Positions 19,133 through 26,605 of a stretch of 64,000 bases of DNA are shown here, piece by piece. This stretch comes from Bacteroidales bacterium (GTDB lineage: Bacteria; Bacteroidota; Bacteroidia; Bacteroidales; JAAYJT01), in NCBI GenBank assembly GCA_049654165.1, contig JBASHR010000069.1, forward strand, positions 64,513-128,512, written 5' to 3'. The position numbers were made by a program, and so were the translations under genes. Position 1 is the first letter of the stretch, and each line of letters starts with the position of its first letter. The notes under the pieces are model-generated. The model did not search any database. It saw only the letters and a list, made by a program, of their open reading frames with translations, and was not told where the DNA came from.

Positions 19133-20182
19133 ATGAAAAAAGTAATCTTTTTATTGTTAATCGGTTTATTAATAGTCTTTGTAACATATACCCAAACATC
19201 TAAACCTCAGGAGAAAAGAGCCACAGTTGCCTGTATAGCTTTTTATAATATTGAGAATCTTTTCGATACAATTGACAGCCCCGACACTTTTGATACTGAA
19301 TACACCCCTCAGGGCAGTAAAAAATGGGATAGCGCAAAATATTGGGAAAAAATTTCAAACATTGCCAGAGTCATCAGTGATATAGGAACAGATATGACAC
19401 CTGACGGACCTGCAATAATCGGATTGGCAGAAGTTGAGAACCGTTCTGTTCTGGAAGATCTGGTCAATGATCCACAAATCCGAAACCGTAATTATCAGAT
19501 AGTTCATTACGATTCTCCTGATCGCAGGGGAGTAGATGTGGCGCTGTTGTATCAGCCAAAATATTTTAATCTGTTGTCAAGCAAACCCTATCTATTTATC
19601 CCTGAGGGCAGAACGAATTTCTACTCCCGCGACGTGTTACTGGTTAGTGGTTTGTTTCACGGTGAATTGATGCATGTACTTGTAAATCACTGGCCATCAC
19701 GTGTTGGTGGTGAACGTAAATCACGCCCGCTGCGTAATTCTGCTGCTCAATTAAACCGTAAGATCATTGATTCACTTATGGTTGCAAATCCTGAAGCCCA
19801 CATTCTGCTTATGGGCGACTTAAATGATGATCCGGTAAACGAAAGCGTAAAAGTACATCTGAAAGCCGGATGGAAAAAAGATAAACTCAAGCCCGGTGAA
19901 CTTTATAATCCGCTTTATGAATTCTATCAGAAAGGAATCGGTTCACTTGCATACCGCGACTCATGGAACCTGTTTGATATGATTATTATGAACCAGACAT
20001 TATTATCGAAAAAAGAAAATACTTATCAGTTCCTAAGAGCCGGAGTTTTTAATAAACGATATTTATTACAAACCGAAGGACAATATTCCGGATATCCGCT
20101 ACGCACTCATGTAGGCGACAATTACATGGGTGGCTTCAGCGACCATTTTCCAACATTTATCTATGTTGTAAGAGAAAAGTAA
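19133..20182 (+). CDS. Secreted endonuclease/exonuclease/phosphatase (EEP) family protein
   Basis: The signal peptide is 'MKKVIFLLLIGLLIV'. EEP-like blocks include 'FYNIENLFD', 'GLAEVEN', 'LMGDLND' and 'SDHFP'. The starts at 19097 and 19115 are less likely given the promoter box at 19092. Confidence 0.8.
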   Translation: MKKVIFLLLIGLLIVFVTYTQTSKPQEKRATVACIAFYNIENLFDTIDSPDTFDTEYTPQGSKKWDSAKYWEKISNIARVISDIGTDMTPDGPAIIGLAEVENRSVLEDLVNDPQIRNRNYQIVHYDSPDRRGVDVALLYQPKYFNLLSSKPYLFIPEGRTNFYSRDVLLVSGLFHGELMHVLVNHWPSRVGGERKSRPLRNSAAQLNRKIIDSLMVANPEAHILLMGDLNDDPVNESVKVHLKAGWKKDKLKPGELYNPLYEFYQKGIGSLAYRDSWNLFDMIIMNQTLLSKKENTYQFLRAGVFNKRYLLQTEGQYSGYPLRTHVGDNYMGGFSDHFPTFIYVVREK

Positions 20183-20247
20183 TCCTTTTTAACCTATATA
20201 TTTAAAACTGACATGGGAAACCGGGAAGTATAAACCGGCAGCTTAGC

Positions 20248-20353
20248 AAAAGGACAGTTGACCTTTTACACAGCCCGATTGATCGTTTGGTAGATAAAAA
20301 AACAGAAATAAATAAAATCGGTAAAAAGTTATAACTTTGTACGGGTATTTATT
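20248..20353 (+). repeat. Repeated promoter-bearing module, copy A (51-nt conserved 5' block + TAACTTTG core)
   Basis: aaaggacagttgaccttttacacaGcccGattgatcgtttggTagataaaa, then an A/T spacer, then ataactttgtAcgggtatttatt. The 5' block matches copy B at 48 of 51 positions. Confidence 0.85.
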
Positions 20354-20399
20354 TGTGCAAGTATTTATAAGTTATGGGGTATAGTGAAAACAGAAATCT

Positions 20400-21215
20400 A
20401 TGACATTACATGAAGCAATAAAAAAGGTTTTAAAGGAAAATGGAAGGCCTTTAAAGCCAATTGAAATAGCATCAATCCTGAATGATAGCAAAATCTATCA
20501 AAAAGGTGATAAGAGTAGAATTAAATCATCTCAGATTTCAGCTCGAGTAAATAAGTATCCATCATGTTTCTTCAAAGAAAATGGGTTAATCTATTTGAAT
20601 AATTGGGACTCATCATTAAAAAAAACAAATGAAATTATGCCAAAACATACTATAAAAATAAGAGTTGATTCGAAAGTTACTGATGGAGATATTGAAGAAA
20701 AACTTTTAGCAGCAGGAAACTTTCGACAATATAATGACTTAGATTCCATAACTTTATCTAAAAATGGTTTTTATTGTTTGAGACTTAAGGAAAACTCAAA
20801 ACTACCAGATAGATACCAGCTGATTCTAGATAAACGTAAGTTTAAATATTTATACATTGGAAAAGCTGAAGGACAAAATCTCGGAGAGAGATTAGACCAA
20901 GAAATTGAACATAAAGGTCCAGGAACTTTTTTTAGAAGTATCGGTTGTGTATTAGAATATTTGCCAATTAAAGGTCATTTAAAAGGACATTCAAATCAAA
21001 ATAATTACAAGTTTTCAACTACAGACACAGCGGAAATTGTGGAATGGTTAATTTCTAATATTGAAATTAGCATTGTTGAGTACAACAGTAGCTTTGAAAT
21101 TGAGAAAGAATTTATCAATAAGTATTGTCCCTTATTGAATTATACTCATAACCCAATGAAATTGCAAGAATTGAAAGAAGATAAAGACAATTGTCGAAAA
21201 ATTGCAAGAGGATAA
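20400..21215 (+). CDS. HARE-HTH domain / GIY-YIG-like nuclease fusion protein
   Basis: The N-terminus 'TLHEAIKKVLKENGRPLKPIEIASIL' is HARE-HTH-like. The C-terminus has the GIY-YIG pattern 'GFYCL...YLYIGKA...LGERL...EKEFINKYCPLLN'. Confidence 0.6.
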   Translation: MTLHEAIKKVLKENGRPLKPIEIASILNDSKIYQKGDKSRIKSSQISARVNKYPSCFFKENGLIYLNNWDSSLKKTNEIMPKHTIKIRVDSKVTDGDIEEKLLAAGNFRQYNDLDSITLSKNGFYCLRLKENSKLPDRYQLILDKRKFKYLYIGKAEGQNLGERLDQEIEHKGPGTFFRSIGCVLEYLPIKGHLKGHSNQNNYKFSTTDTAEIVEWLISNIEISIVEYNSSFEIEKEFINKYCPLLNYTHNPMKLQELKEDKDNCRKIARG

Positions 21216-21449
21216 AGAAATACATGTGATAACAAAGTGTAGTAACAATAAGGGTTTCAAAGGTAAATTAAGCCTCCTATATTACTCAAACTTCGATGGT
21301 GGTTAACAATTTTGCAGCCCGTAATCCCTTTCTTTTGCTACACTCAACCGTAACAATCAAGCCTAAAAAAAACAGCGACATAATGAAAATTGACAAGAAA
21401 AAATATAAAGACAGAACAAAAAGCCAAATCAAACGAAATCCGACAACAT

Positions 21450-21480
21450 TTTGTTGATCGGAAAAAATATACTACTTTTG
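21450..21480 (+). promoter_or_regulatory. Candidate Bacteroidota promoter (-33 TTTG, 19-nt spacer, -7 TACTTTTG)
   Basis: TTTG is at 21450-21453 and TACTTTTG at 21473-21480. This would give a leader of about 270 nt in front of the ATG at 21755. Confidence 0.5.
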
Positions 21481-21568
21481 ATTTTGAATTAATTAAAACG
21501 AATTTTATGACATAAGAAACCTTAATTTAAAAATATAGAAGCGTTAGCTTTTATTCTGAGATTAGAAA

Positions 21569-21702
21569 ACTACCACTTTTCAAACGCATCAGGAATAACA
21601 AGTGAAACGCTCACGCCATGGCGTGGGCTTAACTTATTTGATGCGTGGGTGCGTGGTAGTACCTCTGATCTGAATATAGTTACAGACCCACGCTTCTTTT
21701 TT
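21569..21702 (+). promoter_or_regulatory. GC-rich structured leader element with an intrinsic terminator (candidate riboregulator/attenuator or small RNA)
   Basis: Nested helices: ACTACCAC (21569-76) with GTGGTAGT (21653-60), and ACGCATCA (21584-91) with TGATGCGT (21639-46). A central hairpin spans 21609-21628 (CACGCCATGGCGTG core). A competing helix pairs GCGTGGGT (21643-50) with ACCCACGC (21686-93), followed by TTCTTTTTT. Confidence 0.5.
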
Positions 21703-21754
21703 ATACTAACCGTCATAGTTGGGTCTGATGTGGCAATCTAAAAACACAATTTTT

Positions 21755-22474
21755 ATGTTTAGCAAATCATTTTTTAAGACAGCCCTTATTGCGGGGCTAA
21801 CGGTGGCAATGGCACAAGGTGCATTTGCACAAAAAACTGCTGATGAGTTAAAAGCAGAAAGAGAAGTATTAAAGTCAGAAATGAACTCAAAAGAAGCAAA
21901 AAAATTAGAGAAAGTTCTCGAAAAAATTGCACCTATTGGTGGCACAATGGCAGATTTTGTAACAACAGTGTTAAATCCTTCATTAGCATCAGTTCCAGAA
22001 ATTCAAAGGAAAGCTGTTCCTTCGGTTGCAAAACTCGTTGGTAATGAACCTGCCAGAATCGTAAATAAACCTGCTGCAACAAGGCTTAACTCTGTTGATG
22101 GGCTTGTAGATGCAGGCACAACATTGCTTGGTGTTGTAGTTTCAACCAATGCCGTGTTGTCAAAGTACAAAATCGCGATCACTGAAAGTAAAGATGGCGA
22201 AGTTGATATTACACAATACAAAGCAAATTTGGACGATTACATTGCTATTCTTCCAATGCTGGTGCAAGCAGACATTGATGCTACAAAAGCAGTTGAAAAA
22301 ATCAAATATGCTCAAGCCGATCTCAAAGGATTGAATCCTATACAGGCAGCTCCAACTATTAAAGCGTCTAATTGGGCTATTGACGCAGTAAATGTCAGTG
22401 TGTGGAAAATTGCAGAAAACACCAAATTACTGCAGAATCTTATCAACAGTATTAAAGTAGCAGGTAATTTGTAA
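21755..22474 (+). CDS. Exported all-helical protein of unknown function (operon gene 1)
   Basis: The signal peptide 'MFSKSFFKTALIAGLTVAMAQGAFAQ' is followed by a coiled, Lys/Glu-rich N-terminus and the central hydrophobic segment 'GTTLLGVVVSTNAVL'. I trimmed the start from the track's 21719. Confidence 0.6.
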   Translation: MFSKSFFKTALIAGLTVAMAQGAFAQKTADELKAEREVLKSEMNSKEAKKLEKVLEKIAPIGGTMADFVTTVLNPSLASVPEIQRKAVPSVAKLVGNEPARIVNKPAATRLNSVDGLVDAGTTLLGVVVSTNAVLSKYKIAITESKDGEVDITQYKANLDDYIAILPMLVQADIDATKAVEKIKYAQADLKGLNPIQAAPTIKASNWAIDAVNVSVWKIAENTKLLQNLINSIKVAGNL

Positions 22475-22475
22475 T

Positions 22476-23294
22476 ATGTTGATTATGAAAAGATCTACAG
22501 TAATCATATTATTGCTTATGGTTAGTCTTTACGGTTGCCCGCAAGCTGATAGTAAACCAGTAATTGTAGTTAATAGATTTTCTTCAGAAGTGGATAATCC
22601 AAGTTTTACAACTTCTGTTCAGGAAAAAGTTTCTCAAATTGTTGTAAATTCAAAACGTTTTACGGTTAGGATGAGTGATGAAGAAGCAAAAGACGAAGTT
22701 GAAACAAGGAAATCTGAAATTTACCTTGATAATAGTGAGAATCTTGCCGATTTGAAATTGTCGGCATATCAATTCCGTATTATCGGACATTTGATAAAAG
22801 CGAATATCTACAGAATGAAAAACCCTGATGGAAGCGTAAACGGATTTAAAGCAAGTTGTGCTTTTACGCTGAAAGTCAATGATGTGGAAAGAGGGCAAAC
22901 TACTGAAGCTGAAAGTTTTCAAACCGAAGTCAGTCCGTTGGCGGCATCAAAAGAACAGGCAATAAACCAAGCATTGCAATCTATAGAGCCAAAATTGAAG
23001 TCTTATTTTATAAAAACTTTTCCATTAACAACAAAAATTGTAAAGTTTTTGGATAATAAAAAATGTTTGATTTCAGGCGGAAAAAGTTTTGGGTTCAGAG
23101 AGGGCGATAAATTGATGGTTGAACGTATTGAAATGCTTAACGGAAAGCCCTATCCTATCGAAATAGGCGAATTGAAAATTATAAAAATTGCAGGCGATGA
23201 CTTTTCAGAATGCAGTGTTTCAAAAGGTAGTAAAGAAATTTTGGCAGCATTTAACACAGCTGAAAAGTTGAATTGTAAATTAATTGTAAAATAG
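22476..23294 (+). CDS. Lipoprotein of unknown function with a CsgG/LpoB-like N-terminal pattern and an SH3-like C-terminus (operon gene 2)
   Basis: It has the lipobox 'SLYGC'. 'KPVIVVNRFSSEV...VNSKRFTVR' resembles the first strand-helix-strand of CsgG/LpoB-type lipoproteins. An alternative start is at 22488. Confidence 0.6.
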   Translation: MLIMKRSTVIILLLMVSLYGCPQADSKPVIVVNRFSSEVDNPSFTTSVQEKVSQIVVNSKRFTVRMSDEEAKDEVETRKSEIYLDNSENLADLKLSAYQFRIIGHLIKANIYRMKNPDGSVNGFKASCAFTLKVNDVERGQTTEAESFQTEVSPLAASKEQAINQALQSIEPKLKSYFIKTFPLTTKIVKFLDNKKCLISGGKSFGFREGDKLMVERIEMLNGKPYPIEIGELKIIKIAGDDFSECSVSKGSKEILAAFNTAEKLNCKLIVK

Positions 23295-23300
23295 TTAAAT

Positions 23301-23762
23301 ATGAAACAATTAGTAAAATTATTTTTAGTCGGAGTTTCCATTATTTTGTTTGTAAATTCTTGTCGAACAATTTATCCTTCAGCTGAAGTCAATTATTTGT
23401 CGGGCGATGAGCAAACGCTTACCGTTCGTTCCGTAGGGGTTGACATTGATAAAGAAAAAGCAATTATCAATGCTGAACAAAAAGTGTTTGATGTTCTGTT
23501 CTTTAGAGGCTTACCCGAATCAAAACAAAAAATACCGTTAATCAGCAGCAACGAGCATGAAGAAATATCAAATCACAAGAATTATTTTGATAGTTTTTAC
23601 GATGGAAAACGACATAAAACATTTGTAATGTCGTCAATTCCTGTAAGTAACGTAAAAGCTAGGGGTAGACAAAAAATAGTTACGCTCGACGTAAAAGTTA
23701 ATTTGTCGGCACTGCGGCACGATTTGGAAACCTTCGGGGTTATCAGAAAATTTGGTTATTAA
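23301..23762 (+). CDS. Small lipoprotein of unknown function (operon gene 3)
   Basis: It has the lipobox 'FVNSC' and is 153 aa. Confidence 0.6.
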   Translation: MKQLVKLFLVGVSIILFVNSCRTIYPSAEVNYLSGDEQTLTVRSVGVDIDKEKAIINAEQKVFDVLFFRGLPESKQKIPLISSNEHEEISNHKNYFDSFYDGKRHKTFVMSSIPVSNVKARGRQKIVTLDVKVNLSALRHDLETFGVIRKFGY

Positions 23763-23783
23763 CCCAATAAATAGAGGAAATTT

Positions 23784-24674
23784 ATGAGAAAAATACAAAT
23801 AGTAACATTTTTATTGCTTGCGGTAGGTTCTGTTCTCGGACAAAACGTAGCCACAAACAGCGATGGACAAGTTGTAACTGTTCAGCCCAAAATAATGGTC
23901 ATTCCATTTACTAAAGAAAGAGAAGATATCAGGACAATTTTGGAGGAGGATGTTAACCGAAGAATTGCAATTGCTAAAATAAAAGAAGGTTTTGACAGTC
24001 GAGGTTTCACAACCGTTGATTTTGTTGCCAGACTCAAAATTGCAAAAGACAATAATGTTTTCACTTCCGATAATCAGACGGATATTAAAACGCAAATTGT
24101 AGAAATGTCGGGAGCTGATGTGTACGTACAATCCGAAGTAATTATAGAAAAAGGTCAATCGGGTAATTCGGTAAAGCTGATTCTTGCTGCCTATGAAATT
24201 TCTACAGGTAATTCGCTGTCGAACAAAGTAGGCGAAAGCGGACGTTTTTACACAGACGATTTCAATAAGTTGGCATCAAAAGCTGTAGAAAGCTGCATAG
24301 AGGATTTTTTGAACATCATGCAAACGAAATTTACGGACATTGTGAATAACGGAAAATCTATTTTGATTGACATCAGCTTCGATCCTTCTTCGTTGTTTAC
24401 GATGTCGTCGGAAGTTGGAAGTGATGGTTTACCGCTTTCCGACCAAATAGAAATGTGGATGAGCGAAAATGCTCTTAAAGGGAATTATCATATTCAGGGA
24501 ACTACGAATTTAAAAATGTTGTTCGATGATGTGCGTATTCCGCTCAAAGACAGCAATGGAAATAATTATAATCCCAATAAATTCGGACTAGAAATGTATA
24601 AATTCTTCAGAACGTTAGGAATTTCAATAGGCAGAGACATTAAAGGCAATACTATTTATATAACAATAAAATAG
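23784..24674 (+). CDS. Exported protein of unknown function (operon gene 4)
   Basis: It has a signal peptide ('LLLAVGSVLGQ'), and 'PKIMVIPFTKE' directly follows the mature N-terminus. It may belong to a Bacteroidota-only DUF family (unverified). Confidence 0.6.
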   Translation: MRKIQIVTFLLLAVGSVLGQNVATNSDGQVVTVQPKIMVIPFTKEREDIRTILEEDVNRRIAIAKIKEGFDSRGFTTVDFVARLKIAKDNNVFTSDNQTDIKTQIVEMSGADVYVQSEVIIEKGQSGNSVKLILAAYEISTGNSLSNKVGESGRFYTDDFNKLASKAVESCIEDFLNIMQTKFTDIVNNGKSILIDISFDPSSLFTMSSEVGSDGLPLSDQIEMWMSENALKGNYHIQGTTNLKMLFDDVRIPLKDSNGNNYNPNKFGLEMYKFFRTLGISIGRDIKGNTIYITIK

Positions 24675-24681
24675 AGACAAC

Positions 24682-25626
24682 ATGAAAACAATTTATTTTA
24701 TAGTAATCGCAATGATTTTGGCTTCTACTTCAGTTGCCCAATCAATAAGCGATTTGGGAAAAATTACCCTATCGGTTGTAATGCCTGAAAATGTTGATGG
24801 TTTGGATATTTCGCAACTTTCTAAACTGGAGACTAAAATCTCTCAAATTGTTACCGTATCTGGTTTAGCAGCATCAGGTTATAATAATAATTTTGTCATT
24901 TACCCCAAGTTTGCAATTTATGAAAATAATATAGTTGAAGGAGGTATGCAAAAAATTACTGTTTTTACAGCAGAATTAAGTTTGTTCATTAAACAAGTTG
25001 AAAATAATTTATTATTCTCTACAATTAGTAAACAACTCAAAGGAAGTGGAAGCAATAAAGAACAGGCAATTACAAACGCTATCTCTAAAATTCCAATAAA
25101 CGATACCGAATTTAAAATCTTTATTGAAACAGGAAAATCTGAAATTATCCGGTACTATGAAACAAAGTGCGAGGACATTATTAAAAAATCTGACAGTTAC
25201 GTTAAAATGCAGCAGTATGACCAAGCATTGGGATTATTAATGACTGTTCCTGAAGAAGTATCAAGTTGCTACAATCAGATTCAGGGTAAAGCAATTGAGG
25301 CATATAAAGCTTATCAAACACAAAAATGTGCCGAGTTAATTCAAAAAGCAAAGACCACGCTTGCTGGTAATGATTATGCTGGGGCATTAAACATTTTATC
25401 AGATATTGATCCTTCCGCTTCGTGCTTCAATGAAGCACAAGCATTAGCAAAAACAGCCGAAACAAAAGTTGATGCCGAAGAAAAAAAACAATGGGATTTT
25501 CAGATGAAACAGTATAGTGATGCTGTTAGTCTGGAAAAACAGCGTATTAATGCAATAAAAGAAATAGCGGTTTCTTATTACAAAAGTCAACCTACGACAG
25601 TCAATTATAATTATATCATAAGGTAG
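24682..25626 (+). CDS. Exported protein of unknown function with a Cys-containing helical-repeat C-terminus (operon gene 5)
   Basis: The signal peptide is 'IAMILASTSVAQS'. 'ITLSVVMPENV' starts the mature part. The C-terminal half is helical and TPR-like, with five Cys residues. Confidence 0.6.
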   Translation: MKTIYFIVIAMILASTSVAQSISDLGKITLSVVMPENVDGLDISQLSKLETKISQIVTVSGLAASGYNNNFVIYPKFAIYENNIVEGGMQKITVFTAELSLFIKQVENNLLFSTISKQLKGSGSNKEQAITNAISKIPINDTEFKIFIETGKSEIIRYYETKCEDIIKKSDSYVKMQQYDQALGLLMTVPEEVSSCYNQIQGKAIEAYKAYQTQKCAELIQKAKTTLAGNDYAGALNILSDIDPSASCFNEAQALAKTAETKVDAEEKKQWDFQMKQYSDAVSLEKQRINAIKEIAVSYYKSQPTTVNYNYIIR

Positions 25627-25731
25627 TTTCTCCCTTAAACATTTATGCTATTTTTGTCCAAAACACAGAATATTTGCATTGTGAAAACTTTTTGACAACA
25701 TATTATCATACATATTATAAAAATTAAAACG

Positions 25732-25832
25732 AAAGGACAGTTGACCTTTTACACATCCCTATTGATCGTTTGGCAGATAAAATTAAAAAGACAAAACCAA
25801 CAAAAATTGATAACTTTGTTCGGGTATTTATT
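25732..25832 (+). repeat. Repeated promoter-bearing module, copy B
   Basis: aaaggacagttgaccttttacacaTcccTattgatcgtttggCagataaaa, then a spacer, then ataactttgtTcgggtatttatt. Confidence 0.85.
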
Positions 25833-25873
25833 GGTTACTGGTCAGGTTACTGCAAACTCTAAAACACAAGATA

Positions 25874-26089
25874 ATGGCAAAATACACTTTTACCCAATCG
25901 CAGTTTGACGAAATTAGCAACTTGTTAAAAATACGAAAATATCAAAGTCGGGACGAACAAAAATCTACCCAAACTAAAATCAGAAGAAAAGGTTTTAAGA
26001 TTTCAGACCATTTTACCGGGTTTAGCGATATTGACTTTAAAAAACTTTTAGACAGAGGCGAAATTGTAATTATAGACAATCCCATATAA
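25874..26089 (+). CDS. Small basic protein of unknown function (71 aa), first gene of a three-gene cassette
   Basis: The ORF starts 55 nt downstream of the TAACTTTG box. It is Lys/Arg-rich in the centre ('KSTQTKIRRKGFKISD'). Confidence 0.45.
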   Translation: MAKYTFTQSQFDEISNLLKIRKYQSRDEQKSTQTKIRRKGFKISDHFTGFSDIDFKKLLDRGEIVIIDNPI

Positions 26090-26110
26090 TAATATTTTAA
26101 AAACAGATTT

Positions 26111-26605
26111 ATGAACTTCAAAGACATTGAACAAATTAAGAAAGCAGGTTTTACAGGCTTCAAGACAATGAAAGAATTGTTTGCAGACAGTTCAGCTATT
26201 CCAAAAATCAAAGGCGTTTATTTGGTTCTCAACCCGACAAAAAAAGGCGGGTTCTTGACTGTTGGAACAGGCGGTCACTTTAAAGGGAAAAATCCAAATG
26301 TTTCAGTTTCGGAACTTGAAGCAAATTGGGTAGATGACACGATTGTAGTTTACATCGGCAAAGCAGGGAAAGACGGTAGTAGTGCGACACTTCAATCACG
26401 CTTGCGACAGTATTTTGGTTTCGGACAAGGTAAAAATGTAGGACATTGGGGTGGCAGATTTATTTGGCAACTTAAAAATTCAGCAGATCTTGTAGTTTGT
26501 TGGAAAGCATTACCGACAACCGACCCAAGAACAGTTGAAGCCGACCTAATTCAAGACTTCGTTTCAAAATTTTCTCAGCGACCATTCGCAAATTTAGCTA
26601 ACTAA
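26111..26605 (+). CDS. GIY-YIG-like nuclease domain protein
   Basis: It shows the GIY-YIG fold pattern: 'KGVYLV' (GIY), 'VVYIGKA' (YIG), 'LQSRLRQY' (Arg helix) and 'EADLIQDF...PFAN' (Glu/Asn). Confidence 0.6.
   Translation: MNFKDIEQIKKAGFTGFKTMKELFADSSAIPKIKGVYLVLNPTKKGGFLTVGTGGHFKGKNPNVSVSELEANWVDDTIVVYIGKAGKDGSSATLQSRLRQYFGFGQGKNVGHWGGRFIWQLKNSADLVVCWKALPTTDPRTVEADLIQDFVSKFSQRPFANLAN

Noticed and set aside
21216-21450. Long-range pairings AGTGTAG/CTACACT and AAGGG/CCCTT in the first half of the 540-nt intergenic region, considered as a second structured RNA.
   Set aside because: These are 5-7-bp matches in about 120 nt of A/T-rich sequence, which is roughly what chance predicts. The region lies upstream of the predicted promoter and shows no GC enrichment.
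21569-21702. A retron-like msr/msd ncRNA or CRISPR-type element as the explanation for the GC-rich inverted repeats.
   Set aside because: There is no reverse transcriptase, cas gene or spacer-repeat periodicity anywhere in the window. The flanking promoter and terminator geometry fits a leader or sRNA better.
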